Positions 10,311 through 20,989 of a stretch of 64,000 nucleotides of DNA are shown here, one piece after another (within the stretch, counting starts at the first letter, position 1; every line of letters starts with the position of its first letter). A program made the position numbers and the translations under genes. Source of the DNA: Mycobacteriales bacterium (GTDB taxonomy: Bacteria; Actinomycetota; Actinomycetes; Mycobacteriales; SCTD01); assembly GCA_030447385.1 (NCBI GenBank), contig JAUJOY010000002.1, forward strand, positions 578,081 to 642,080, read 5' to 3'. The notes under the pieces were generated by a model that was not told the DNA's origin, ran no database searches, and saw only the letters and a list, made by a program, of their open reading frames with translations.

Positions 10311-10935
10311 GTGCCTGGGGGCGCAGGACCTGCTGGCCGACGAGGGCGTTCAGGTGGGTTATCCCTGCGACCGGCCGGTTGCCGAACCGCTGCGACTGGG
10401 GCCCTCGGCCCGCCTGCGCAGCGGGACGGTGCTCTACGTCGGCTCGGTGATCGGAGCCCGGTTCAGCACCGGCCACAACGTGGTCATCCGAGAGGAGTCG
10501 ACGCTGGGGGACGACGTGAGCGTCTGGAGCAACAGCGTCGTCGACTACGGCTGCCGCGTCGGGCACCGGGTCAAGATCCACGCTGGTTGCTACGTGGCGC
10601 AGTTCAGCGAGATCGACGACGAGGCATTTCTCGCGCCCGGCGTCTGCTTCGCCAACGACCTGTACCCGGGCTCGGAGGCTTCCGCTGCGGCCATGCGCGG
10701 GCCGCGCGTGGGCGCAGGGGCGCAGCTGGGCGTGAACGTGACGGTCCTGCCCTACGTCCGCATCGGCCCCGGCGCCATCATCGGCGCCGGATCGGTGGTG
10801 GTGCATGACGTCCCGGCGGGCAAGGTGGCCGTCGGCTCGCCGGCTCGAGTGGTCGGAGACGTCCCGGACGCGGCGGCGGTCGAGCAGCGCCTGGCTTCCC
10901 TGCCGGCTGCGCTCGAGGGGATGAGGCCACGATGA
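10300..10935 (+). CDS. Hexapeptide-repeat (left-handed beta-helix) sugar N-acetyltransferase
   Basis: Repeated [LIV]G-x4 hexapeptide pattern. Overlaps both neighbours. Confidence 0.75.
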   Translation: MPAECLGAQDLLADEGVQVGYPCDRPVAEPLRLGPSARLRSGTVLYVGSVIGARFSTGHNVVIREESTLGDDVSVWSNSVVDYGCRVGHRVKIHAGCYVAQFSEIDDEAFLAPGVCFANDLYPGSEASAAAMRGPRVGAGAQLGVNVTVLPYVRIGPGAIIGAGSVVVHDVPAGKVAVGSPARVVGDVPDAAAVEQRLASLPAALEGMRPR

Positions 10936-11729
10936 CCAGGCGGGTCGTGCCGGCCGCGGCCCAGCGCAGGGCGTCCTGGGACACAGCACGCCACGTGGCC
11001 CTGCTGCGTACCGCCCGCGCCGCCCCTGATCTGGCCACGTCGGATCAGGATGCCCAGAGCCCGCAGCGTCCTCGAGGTCACAGGCCTCCTCCGCAGCAGG
11101 GCGGCTACCTGCTCGCCAAGCGCAGCCTCGACATCGCCGTGTCCGCTGTCCTGCTGCTCCTGCTGCTCCCCGCACTCCTGCTGATCGCCGCCGCCGTGCG
11201 GCTGACCAGCCCCGGTCCGTCACTGTTCCGGCAGGTGCGCGTCGGCCGGGACGGGCAGCCGTTCGTGATGCTGAAGTTCCGCTCCATGCGGGTCAACAGC
11301 GACGACGCCGCGCACCGCGCCTACGTGCGGGCCCTGCTGGTCGAGGACGCACCACCGGACGGGGGCCTTCCCGGGGTCTACAAGCTGGCCCGGGATCCGC
11401 GCGTCACGCCCGTCGGCGTGCTGCTGCGCCGGACGAGCCTGGATGAGCTGCCCCAGCTGTTCAACGTGCTCCGGGGCCAGATGTCGCTCGTCGGGCCCAG
11501 GCCTGCCCTGGCGTGGGAAGTGGAGCTGTACGAGCCGGAGCATCGCCGCCGACTGGACGTCCTGCCTGGGCTCACCGGCCTGTGGCAGGTGAGCGGCCGA
11601 AGCACGCTCACCATGAGGGAGGCCCTGGATCTGGACGTCCAGTACGCTGCCAGGTGTGGCTGGTCGCTAGACCTGCGCATCCTGTGCCGTACTCCTGCGG
11701 CGTTGCGAGGCCGCTCCGGTGCCAGATAG
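10932..11729 (+). CDS. Polyprenyl-phosphate sugar-phosphate transferase (bacterial sugar transferase, WbaP/PglC-like)
   Basis: KRSLDIAVSAVLLLLLLP TM hairpin, MLKFRSM, DELPQLFNVLRGQMSLVGPRP. ATGA start/stop overlap with the acetyltransferase. Confidence 0.8.
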   Translation: MTRRVVPAAAQRRASWDTARHVALLRTARAAPDLATSDQDAQSPQRPRGHRPPPQQGGYLLAKRSLDIAVSAVLLLLLLPALLLIAAAVRLTSPGPSLFRQVRVGRDGQPFVMLKFRSMRVNSDDAAHRAYVRALLVEDAPPDGGLPGVYKLARDPRVTPVGVLLRRTSLDELPQLFNVLRGQMSLVGPRPALAWEVELYEPEHRRRLDVLPGLTGLWQVSGRSTLTMREALDLDVQYAARCGWSLDLRILCRTPAALRGRSGAR

Positions 11730-13215
11730 AGCCGGGCCCACGGATCCCCCGGAGGCGGGTGTCGTGTCATCGGCCAGCTGGGCCCCACGACCCGACGTGA
11801 CCCCGCGGGCCGAGGCCAGGGTGCAGGCAACCGAGCCGGAGACCGAGGACGACCAGGAACCCTTCAGCGACATCGGCTGGGAGGCTTCCGGGTGGAATCT
11901 GCTCCCCCCGCCGGTTGAAGGTCCGCCTCCCACCGCGCAGCCGCAGGCTGCCGCGGGGGACAGGCTGGACCATGTGGACCCGCCGTGGGCGGTTGGGCAG
12001 ACCGGGAGTGGTTGGCCGACGCAGACGGGCACCGTAGAGCCCGACAGCCTCGCCGAGGTAGCCGCACCCGCAACGGCGGACCGCGACAACCTGGACCGTG
12101 ACAGTCCAGGCCGATCCGCACCACAGGACGCCGCTCCGCCCCGGGAGGTCCAGCACAGTTTGCCGCTGTCCCACACGAGCACTCGGGACCCCGACCAGCG
12201 GCGCCCAGCTCAGGTAGAGCCTATGTCGACGCAGGCTGTGCGGGCGCCCTTCGAGGTCGATCCGCCGGGAAGAAGCGACCCCACGACGTCGTCGCTGCAG
12301 GAGCCCGGCGTCGCGAGACCCCGCCGCGCCCCCCGGTTCGGGCTGGGCATCCAGTCCTGGTCGGTGCGCCGCCTGGCCATAATGAGCACTCTCGTCCTCG
12401 TGCTCGCCGTGCTCACCGGCTACCTCGCCAGTGCCGTTCAGCCAACCGTCTACGCGGCTCAAGCCGACGTACTCTACGAGGTCACCGGGAGTGCCCAGGA
12501 AGGCGAGCGCCAACTGGCGACCCAGGAGGTGCTGCTCGGCAGCCGCGGGGTCCTCGCGCCCGCCGCAGAGCGCTTCGACGTCCCCCTCCGCGAGCTCACG
12601 CGCTCGCAACGGGTCGAGCAGATCGCGGGCAGCCAGGTTCTTCGGACCGAGGTCCGGAACCAGGATCCCGCTTTGGCTGTGCAGCTGGCGCAAGCCATCG
12701 CGGACAGCTACGTCGGCTCGGTCTCGAGTGGCGAGCTGGACACCGGGGTGGAGCAGGAGCGGCGCCTTCGTGACGAGATCACCGACCTGTCCATCACGGT
12801 GGCGACCGGGCGCGCACGGCTCGAGCAGATCGCCGCTGCCCGGGCGGCCGCGGTGGGTCAGGGGGGCGCCCTCGCGGCCACCCCTGAGGAACGTCAGCTG
12901 CAACTGCAGGACACCGGCCTCTCCCAGCGCATCAGCGCCCTGCAGGCCCAGCTGACAGAGATCCTCGTGGCGCGCGAGAACGCCAACAGTGCGCGAGTCC
13001 TCACGCCGGCCTACCTGCTCGATGAGCCGGTCGGGCCGCGTCCCCTGCGCGCCGCGGCGGCCGGGGCCCTGCTCGGGATCCTCCTGATCGCCGGCCTGCT
13101 CGCGCTGGCCTCCAGGAGGCGCCCCGGGGAGCCTGGAGCCGTGACCCATCGGCGCGAACCGGCCAGCTTCGCAGCCGGAGCCGGCAGGGGCAGCACCGCC
13201 GGGCGGCCTTCTTGA
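11719..13215 (+). CDS. Polysaccharide chain-length determinant-like (Wzz/PCP) protein with Pro-rich N-terminal extension
   Basis: Two TM segments bracket a coiled-coil extracytoplasmic region. No kinase domain. Start uncertain. Confidence 0.5.
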   Translation: MPDRAGPTDPPEAGVVSSASWAPRPDVTPRAEARVQATEPETEDDQEPFSDIGWEASGWNLLPPPVEGPPPTAQPQAAAGDRLDHVDPPWAVGQTGSGWPTQTGTVEPDSLAEVAAPATADRDNLDRDSPGRSAPQDAAPPREVQHSLPLSHTSTRDPDQRRPAQVEPMSTQAVRAPFEVDPPGRSDPTTSSLQEPGVARPRRAPRFGLGIQSWSVRRLAIMSTLVLVLAVLTGYLASAVQPTVYAAQADVLYEVTGSAQEGERQLATQEVLLGSRGVLAPAAERFDVPLRELTRSQRVEQIAGSQVLRTEVRNQDPALAVQLAQAIADSYVGSVSSGELDTGVEQERRLRDEITDLSITVATGRARLEQIAAARAAAVGQGGALAATPEERQLQLQDTGLSQRISALQAQLTEILVARENANSARVLTPAYLLDEPVGPRPLRAAAAGALLGILLIAGLLALASRRRPGEPGAVTHRREPASFAAGAGRGSTAGRPS

Positions 13216-14714
13216 GCGTCGCAGCGCCGTACCGCTCGGCAGGCTCCCCGGAGACCGTGCGAGCTGCCACCTCCACCGACACAGCAGTGGCCGCTTCGCG
13301 CCCGTCCGGGTCGCCGACGGTCGGCATACTCGCCACCGCCTGCGTCGCCGGGCTGCTGGCCGCATGGTCGCCCCTGCTGTCGGTCGCTCTCGGCTTCGTC
13401 CTGCTGCTCGTCGCGATCGTCGCCGTTCGCCCAGTCGTCGGGACCTACCTCGTCCTGGGGCTGACGCCCCTGCTGGCCGGCATGGATCGCGGAGTGCTGG
13501 TTCCGCTGCTGCGCCCCAATGAGGCTCTGGCGGCGTTCGTCGGCGGGATCCTCATCGTCCGCGTCGTGGTTCTCTGGCTGCGCGGCCGTCGCTGGCGGCC
13601 GAGGGTGCGCCGCATCGACCTGGCGCTGCTCCTGCTCGCGTTCACCTCCTCGGTCCTGCCCGTCCTGTGGCTGGCTGCCCGGGGCGCAGACCTGACGGGC
13701 GACGACCTCCAGTACTCCGTCATGTTGTGGAAGTACTTCTTCCTGTACCTGCTCGTCCGCTGCACCGTGCGCACGGGGCGCGCGGTCGAACGGTGTCTGT
13801 GGATCGTCCTGCTCACCGCAGCGATGGTGGCCGCGGTCGCCATCCTGCAGTCTCTGCAGGTGCCCGGCGTCCTGTCGTTGGTCTCGACCTTCTACGCCCC
13901 GTTCGGCGACCAGGGCGCGGTGACCAACCAGCGCGGCACGTCCACCCTGGCGTCCTCGATCGCAGTCGGTGACGTCATGGCCTACTCCTTGGCCATCGGC
14001 CTCGGCTGGTTGCTGACCGGAGGCCGGCATCGGGGACTCCTCGTCGCCCTGTGTATCCTGCTCGTGCTCGGCGGGCTCGGGTCCGGGCAGTTCTCCGGCG
14101 TGATCGCGCTGGTTGTTGCGGTGGGCGCCGTCGGCTTCATCACCGGCCGGCTGCGGCGGGCTGCGGTGGCAGCCGTGCCTGCGGCCGCCGTGGGAGCGCT
14201 GCTGCTGCGGCCTGTCATCGAGCGACGGCTCGAGGGCTTCTCCTCCCGAGAGGGCCTGCCGAGCAGCTGGGTCGGCCGCTTGGAGAACCTCCAGACGTTC
14301 TTCTGGCCGGAGCTCTTCTCCAACTTCAACTTCCTGCTGGGTGTGCGCCCGTCGGCCCGAGTTCCCGCCCCGGAGACCTGGCGCGACTTCGTCTGGATCG
14401 AGAGCGGGCACACGTGGTTGCTCTGGTCGGGCGGAGTTCCGCTGTTCCTGGCCTTCTTCTACTTCCTGTGGACCGCCCTGCGCGACGTCGGCAGGGTCGC
14501 GCGCCAGCGCACGGACGCCATCGGGACGGCGGCGGTGGGGTGCTTCGCCGCGCTGTGCGTGCTCGGGGTGCTCATGACCCTTGACCTTCACCTTACGCTG
14601 CGTGGCTCCGCCGACCTGCTCTTCCCCCTGCTGGCACTGGCCCTGACGCGGCCCGAGTCTTCTTCAGCGAGCGGCAGAGCCGTCGTCTCGAGGCCCGTAG
14701 CCGCGCCGGTGTGA
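13212..14714 (+). CDS. O-antigen polymerase/ligase-like (Wzy family) polytopic membrane protein
   Basis: About 10-12 hydrophobic helices with one large loop. Start overlaps the upstream stop. Confidence 0.55.
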   Translation: MSVAAPYRSAGSPETVRAATSTDTAVAASRPSGSPTVGILATACVAGLLAAWSPLLSVALGFVLLLVAIVAVRPVVGTYLVLGLTPLLAGMDRGVLVPLLRPNEALAAFVGGILIVRVVVLWLRGRRWRPRVRRIDLALLLLAFTSSVLPVLWLAARGADLTGDDLQYSVMLWKYFFLYLLVRCTVRTGRAVERCLWIVLLTAAMVAAVAILQSLQVPGVLSLVSTFYAPFGDQGAVTNQRGTSTLASSIAVGDVMAYSLAIGLGWLLTGGRHRGLLVALCILLVLGGLGSGQFSGVIALVVAVGAVGFITGRLRRAAVAAVPAAAVGALLLRPVIERRLEGFSSREGLPSSWVGRLENLQTFFWPELFSNFNFLLGVRPSARVPAPETWRDFVWIESGHTWLLWSGGVPLFLAFFYFLWTALRDVGRVARQRTDAIGTAAVGCFAALCVLGVLMTLDLHLTLRGSADLLFPLLALALTRPESSSASGRAVVSRPVAAPV

Positions 14715-15922
14715 GCGGACGCCGCGCGGACCGGCGGCGCAGGGTGCTCATCCTGCTGGAGAACCTGCCGCTGGAGAAGGACCCGAGGGTGCGCCGCGAG
14801 TGCACCGCACTGCTCGCAGCCGGGTATGCCGTGTCCGTCGTCTGCCCAGCCGGTTCCGGCACCGGCCTCGACGGCCTGCAGGCGGTGTCCCTGCATGCCT
14901 ACCCGCCTCCGCCGGAGGCCCGCGGCCCGTGGGGGTTCGTCTACGAGTTCGGCTACTCGTGGGTCATGACCGCCATGCTCACACTCAGGGCGTTCCTGGT
15001 CGAGGGCTTCGCCGTCATCCAGGGCTGCAACCCGCCCGACACGGCTTTCGCCATCGCGTGGCCGTACCGGCTGATCGGCATCCCCTACGTCTTCGACCAC
15101 CACGATCTCAGTCCTGAAGTATTCACGGCGAAGTACGGCAAGACCTCCGGGCGGGTGCTCGAGGCGCTCCTGATGCTGGAGCGGGCGACCTACCGCACGG
15201 CTGACCACGTCATCGCCACCAACGACGCCTTCCGCCAGGTGGCGATGGAGCGCGGCAACAAGAGCGCCCAGCAGATCACCGTTGTGCGCAACGGTCCGGA
15301 GCTGTCGAAGGCTGTCCGGCGGGAGCCGCGGCCGGAGTTGCGCCGTGGGCGCGCCCACCTGTGCTGCTGGCTCGGCCTGATGTTCGCCGACGACGGGCTG
15401 GAGCTGGCGCTGCAGGCTGTCGCCGAGCTCGTGCACGTCCGCCGTCGGCAGGACTGCCACTTCGCGTTCGTGGGTGACGGTGAGAAGATCACCGCGGTGC
15501 GGGAGCAGGCCCGGCGCCTCGACGTCGAGGACTGGGTGAGCTTTCCAGGCTGGATCCCGTTGCACGACGCCTTCGACTACCTGTCGACTGCCGACCTGGG
15601 GCTCTCTCCCAACCCGAAGAGCCCACGGCTGGATGTCTCGACGAGCATGAAGGTCATGGAGTACATGGCGTTCGACCTGCCTGTCGTGGCCTTCGACGTC
15701 GACGAGACCCGCTACTCAGCTGGAGACGCAGCCGTCTACGCGACCGGCAACGACCCGAGCGAGTACGCCCGGCTGATCGACGAGCTGCTCGACGACCCTG
15801 CGCAGCGCGCACGCATGGGGCTGGCCGGCCGCGCCAGGGTCGAGGACGGCCTGGCGTGGGATCACCAGCGGCTCGCCTACGTCAAGGTGTACGAACGACT
15901 GATCGGGCACCCCACAGGCTGA
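14711..15922 (+). CDS. GT4 family glycosyltransferase
   Basis: GTGA overlap with the upstream gene. GT-B layout with a C-terminal E-x7-E-like region (MKVMEYMAFDLPVVA). Confidence 0.8.
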   Translation: MSGRRADRRRRVLILLENLPLEKDPRVRRECTALLAAGYAVSVVCPAGSGTGLDGLQAVSLHAYPPPPEARGPWGFVYEFGYSWVMTAMLTLRAFLVEGFAVIQGCNPPDTAFAIAWPYRLIGIPYVFDHHDLSPEVFTAKYGKTSGRVLEALLMLERATYRTADHVIATNDAFRQVAMERGNKSAQQITVVRNGPELSKAVRREPRPELRRGRAHLCCWLGLMFADDGLELALQAVAELVHVRRRQDCHFAFVGDGEKITAVREQARRLDVEDWVSFPGWIPLHDAFDYLSTADLGLSPNPKSPRLDVSTSMKVMEYMAFDLPVVAFDVDETRYSAGDAAVYATGNDPSEYARLIDELLDDPAQRARMGLAGRARVEDGLAWDHQRLAYVKVYERLIGHPTG

Positions 15923-16108
15923 GCGGTTGACGGCCTTCCGCTCCGCGCGGGTTCGGCGGAGCTGCCGCGGTCACGTCGCGGTCGGGCGCCGGCGCAGTTG
16001 CGCCGGAGCCTTCAGTGCCGGCCGGGGATTCCCGAAGACACGAGGAGCGGCGCCCGGTCCTGGCGCCCAGACCTGCGCTGCTGCGCGGTGCCTTCCTGAG
16101 GAGCTCCG

Positions 16109-18426
16109 ATGTTCTCCGTACGCTCAAACGACCTGTGGTCTACCGGCGCGGCCCGGGCCGCAGCGGTGTTGGTCGCTCTGGCTCTGATGCTCACCGCCCT
16201 ACCGGCTCTGGCCACACCAGCATCCGCAGCCCCGGTTCTTCAGCTGTCAGCCTCCAGCGGCCCATCTGGTTCCGCTGTCACCGTATCCGGCAACGGCTAC
16301 CCCAAGCGGTCGAGCGGAAGCGTCGTCGTCGGAACCGCCACCTTGGCGAAGTTCAGGACCTCGCCTCAGGGCAGATTCTCGGTGAGCACCAGCATCCCGA
16401 CGACTGCTACGGGAAGGGTGACGGTGATCGGCGTCGTCGGCGTGGCCAGCGCCTCCGCGTTCTTCGACGTCATCAGCCCGGAGCCGGTGGTGGAGCCGGT
16501 GGTGGAGCCGGTGGTGGAGCCGGTGGTGGAGCCGGTGGTGGAGCCGGTGGGTCGGGTGGCGCCGCGTCGGGTGGTGGGGGTGCAGGGTCCTAGTGGGGTG
16601 GGTTCGTCGTATGTGGTGGTGACCTGGGATCGCAGTGATGTGGCGGCGTCGGGTTATGAGGTGTCTCGGGACGGTGTGCTGGTCGGGTCGGTGTCGGTGT
16701 CGGGGGATGCTTGGGATGATCTGGATTTCGTTGATGGGTCGGTGCCGGGGTCGCGCGGTTATGACTATCGGGTGCGGGCGAGGTTCGGCGATGGTTCGTG
16801 GAGTGCTTGGTCGTCACCGGCTCGGGTGTTCGTGAGGTCGGATGCGGATCTGGGGTCGGGGCGGGTGTTCTTGGTTGATGGCTTCGGCGGTTCTGATCGT
16901 GAGCGGGTGCAGGCTGCGGTGAATGCGGCGGTGTCGGCTGGTGGTGGGGTGGTGCAGTTCGGGGCGCGGACGTATGCGCTGGATGCGCCGGTGGAGGTGA
17001 CAGCGGCGGACAATGTGGTGTTGCGGGGGCGGGGATGGAGCGCACGTTCGTGCAGCCCTCGTTCGCGGGGGAGTCGGCGACGTGTGGGTCGGGGGGCCGG
17101 TTGATCGGGTTCACCGGGAAGCGGACGACGTTGGCGGCGAAGCTGACCTCGCCGGTGGCGGTGGGGGACCGGGTGTTGCGGGTGGACTCGACCAGTGGTT
17201 TCGCGGTGGGTCGCCGGCTGGTGCTGTTCGAGCCGTCGCCGGTCAGTGATGGCTCTCCGTTTGACTATGCCGCTGCCGGTGTGGTGCAGGATCCGGGGAC
17301 AGGTCGGGATGAGCGGCATCGTTGGGATGCCTCGCAGATCGTGGCGGTGGACAGCACGGCCAAGACGGTGACGCTCAAGGACGCGTTGTCGCAGTCGTTC
17401 AGCACTGCGGTGCCGTTGGTGTGGCTGGAGAAGGGCAATGGCAACGGGTTGGAGTCGATGACCGTGCAGGGTCGTTCGGCGAGCGAGACCACGCACTACC
17501 GCCTGGTCGACCTCAACCATCAGGGCGGGTTCCGGATGGCGGAGGTGCAGGGTCGTTGGGCGAACCGCAACTATGTGCGGGCCAATGGCTACGACATCTC
17601 GGTGGTGGGGTTCCGCGGTCCGTTGGGTGACCCGGGGGGCACTGACGGGACGTGCAAGTACAAGTTCAGCGTGTGGCGCTCGGCGAACTTCACCTTCGTC
17701 AACGGGGTGATGGGGGAGCAGACGCACAGCCAGAACACCTCGTTCATCACCACCCAGCGCGCTCAGCGCACGCTGGTGCGCAACTCGGTCTTCCACGGCA
17801 ACCGCACCTACGCGTTCAACGAGCACGGCCTGGGCTCACGGCACTACGTGTTCGAGAACAACTACGTCGCGGTCGGTGCGCTGGCCAAGGCCGGGGTGTT
17901 CGTGGGCAACAGCTCGTGGGGCTTCTCCGGCGCCGGGATCATCCGTAACAACACGTTCTCCGGCAACAGCCGCGACATCGCGATGCAGGAGAACGGCTAC
18001 GAGATCCGGATCCTGGACAACACCATGCGCGGCACCATCGACCGGGTCGTGACCGGCTATGGCTGGGGCGCTCCGTTCACCGCTCCCGCCCTGCACGGGT
18101 CACTGCGCTGGACCATCAGCGGCAACCGCATCGAGGGCGCCAAGAAGGACGGCATCGTGCTGGGTGAAGCCACCAGCCCCTGGTACCCCTACGGCGGCGT
18201 CAAGGACCTGGTCATCACCGGCAACCACCTCGACGTGCCCGGAACCGCGATCCACCTGGCCGGCACCAGCACCACCACCAACCGCCTCCAGGTCAGCAAC
18301 AACACCGGCACCAACCGCTACCTCAAGCCACCCCTGACAACAGGCAGCCTGTGGACCGGCAACGCCGACAACATCACCTACGGCTCACCCACCGCCGTCC
18401 CCTGGACCCAACCCTACTTCCCCTGA
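16109..18426 (+). pseudogene. Secreted Ig-like + FN3-like + right-handed beta-helix (pectate-lyase-fold) protein, split by a 1-nt frame change
   Basis: Signal peptide, Ig/IPT-like module (SGPSGSAVTVSGNGY), (PVVE)5 linker and FN3-like module. The beta-helix begins GGVVQFGARTYAL...NVVLRG, and the frame changes inside G-runs at 17025-17034 before MERTFVQP. Repeated NN-x-F/I-x-GN turns run to the stop at 18426. Confidence 0.6.
16481..16552 (+). repeat. 12-bp in-frame tandem repeat gagccggtggtg (five perfect units plus one partial; PVVE linker)
   Basis: Read directly from the sequence. Confidence 0.95.
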
Positions 18427-18442
18427 CCCCCCCGCCGCCTCC
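16505..18442. repeat. Direct repeat copy 1 (about 1.94 kb)
   Basis: Translations in several frames are identical to those of 19069-21004 (offsets 2562-2564). Confidence 0.9.
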
Positions 18443-18622
18443 TGAGGACGTCGTCCCCTGCCCGGCGGGGTGACGGTCTGCGTCGGACTGTGGTGGCTCG
18501 CCTCAAGATGGGAAGCGACGATGCCGAACAGGTGGGAGATCTCACCCTCACGTCATGGGTATGAGCAGGCGGACCACCTGGAAGCGGGCGGCCGCCGGAC
18601 AAGAGCAGTGGAGGAGCAGCGG

Positions 18623-20989
18623 ATGCCTGGTCAACCGGTTCGCCGTGCCAGAGCTGCTGCTGGCCTGCTCGCGCTGCTGCTGATGTGTGTCGGGGCGCTC
18701 GGGGCCTTGGAGATCCGCCCGACCAGTGCGGCCGAAACCGCAGTGCCCCGGCTCGCGCTGACCCCTCCTCAGCCGCGGCGGGCACATCGGTGCTCGCCAC
18801 CGGAACCGGCTTCGAGGCCGGCATGGTGGGCGTAGTGAGCATCCTCGAGCAGAAACCTCCTCGACACGCTACGACTCCCCGGACGGCTCGGTCGGCATCA
18901 GCGCGCACAGCGTGAACGCGCGGCAGCCTGGCCACCTTCCTGACCGGTGCCGAGGGCGGCTTCAGCGTCACCGTGACGATGCCCACTGGACTGACCGGCA
19001 GTGCGACCCTGCGGGCTGCGACGCCTGGCGGGGCTGCACAGGCGAGCTTCACCGTGCAGAGCGTGCCTCCGCCGGTGGTGGAGCCGGTGGTGGAGCCGGT
19101 GGTGGAGCCGGTGGGTCGGGTGGCGCCGCGTCGGGTGGTGGGGGTGCAGGGTCCTAGTGGGGTGGGTTCGTCGTATGTGGTGGTGACCTGGGATCGCAGT
19201 GATGTGGCGGCGTCGGGTTATGAGGTGTCTCGGGACGGTGTGCTGGTCGGGTCGGTGTCGGTGTCGGGGGATGCTTGGGATGATCTGGATTTCGTTGATG
19301 GGTCGGTGCCGGGGTCGCGCGGTTATGACTATCGGGTGCGGGCGAGGTTCGGCGATGGTTCGTGGAGTGCTTGGTCGTCACCGGCTCGGGTGTTCGTGAG
19401 GTCGGATGCGGATCTGGGGTCGGGGCGGGTGTCTTGGTTGATGGCTTCGGCGGTTCTGATCGTGAGCGGGTGCAGGCTGCGGTGAATGCGGCGGTGTCGG
19501 CTGGTGGTGGGGTGGTGCAGTTCGGGGCGCGGACGTATGCGCTGGATGCGCCGGTGGAGGTGACAGCGGCGGACAATGTGGTGTTGCGGGGGCGGGGATG
19601 GAGCGCACGTTCGTGCAGCCCTCGTTCGCGGGGGAGTCGGCGACGTGTGGGTCGGGGGGCCGGTTGATCGGGTTCACCGGGAAGCGGACGACGTTGGCGG
19701 CGAAGCTGACCTCGCCGGTGGCGGTGGGGGACCGGGTGTTGCGGGTGGACTCGACCAGTGGTTTCGCGGTGGGTCGCCGGCTGGTGCTGTTCGAGCCGTC
19801 GCCGGTCAGTGATGGCTCTCCGTTTGACTATGCCGCTGCCGGTGTGGTGCAGGATCCGGGGACAGGTCGGGATGAGCGGCATCGTTGGGATGCCTCGCAG
19901 ATCGTGGCGGTGGACAGCACGGCCAAGACGGTGACGCTCAAGGACGCGTTGTCGCAGTCGTTCAGCACTGCGGTGCCGTTGGTGTGGCTGGAGAAGGGCA
20001 ATGGCAACGGGTTGGAGTCGATGACCGTGCAGGGTCGTTCGGCGAGCGAGACCACGCACTACCGCCTGGTCGACCTCAACCATCAGGGCGGGTTCCGGAT
20101 GGCGGAGGTGCAGGGTCGTTGGGCGAACCGCAACTATGTGCGGGCCAATGGCTACGACATCTCGGTGGTGGGGTTCCGCGGTCCGTTGGGTGACCCGGGG
20201 GCACTGACGGGACGTGCAAGTACAAGTTCAGCGTGTGGCGCTCGGCGAACTTCACCTTCGTCAACGGGGTGATGGGGGAGCAGACGCACAGCCAGAACAC
20301 CTCGTTCATCACCACCCAGCGCGCTCAGCGCACGCTGGTGCGCAACTCGGTCTTCCACGGCAACCGCACCTACGCGTTCAACGAGCACGGCCTGGGCTCA
20401 CGGCACTACGTGTTCGAGAACAACTACGTCGCGGTCGGTGCGCTGGCCAAGGCCGGGGTGTTCGTGGGCAACATACTCGTGGGGCTTCTCCGGCGCCGGG
20501 ATCATCCGTAACAACACGTTCTCCGGCAACAGCCGCGACATCGCGATGCAGGAGAACGGCTACGAGATCCGGATCCTGGACAACACCATGCGCGGCACCA
20601 TCGACCGGGTCGTGACCGGCTATGGCTGGGGCGCTCCGTTCACCGCTCCCGCCCTGCACGGGTCACTGCGCTGGACCATCAGCGGCAACCGCATCGAGGG
20701 CGCCAAGAAGGACGGCATCGTGCTGGGTGAAGCCACCAGCCCCTGGTACCCCTACGGCGGCGTCAAGGACCTGGTCATCACCGGCAACCACCTCGACGTG
20801 CCCGGAACCGCGATCCACCTGGCCGGCACCAGCACCACCACCAACCGCCTCCAGGTCAGCAACAACACCGGCACCAACCGCTACCTCAAGCCACCCCTGA
20901 CAACAGGCAGCCTGTGGACCGGCAACGCCGACAACATCACCTACGGCTCACCCACCGCCGTCCCCTGGACCCAACCCTACTTCCCCTGA
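18623..20989 (+). pseudogene. Decayed paralogue of the beta-helix protein (multiple frameshifts and one in-frame stop)
   Basis: GGAGGAG RBS plus ATG 18623 and a signal peptide. A diverged Ig-like module is spread over three frames with TGA at 18913-18915. The 3' 1.9 kb is near-identical to 16505-18442 but has extra indels near 19440, 20197-20201 and 20473-20475. Confidence 0.65.
19069..19116 (+). repeat. Same 12-bp tandem repeat, shorter array (two perfect units plus partial flanks)
   Basis: Read directly from the sequence. Confidence 0.95.

Noticed and set aside
8826-14591. Long antisense ORFs over the glycan operon (8826-10139, 11767-13365, 13011-14591)
   Set aside because: These are shadow frames. 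The plus-strand genes show start/stop coupling and family motifs.
16481-16552. Short regularly spaced repeats that might suggest a CRISPR array (also 34916-34990)
   Set aside because: The units are contiguous 12-bp and 15-bp in-frame coding tandem repeats without spacers. There are no cas genes.
17021-17040. Programmed -1 ribosomal frameshift at the G-run splitting the beta-helix gene
   Set aside because: The site is not a canonical X-XXY-YYZ slippery heptamer, because the P-site CGG cannot re-pair in the -1 frame. I saw no obvious downstream stimulatory structure. It is kept only as a minor alternative under the frameshift finding.
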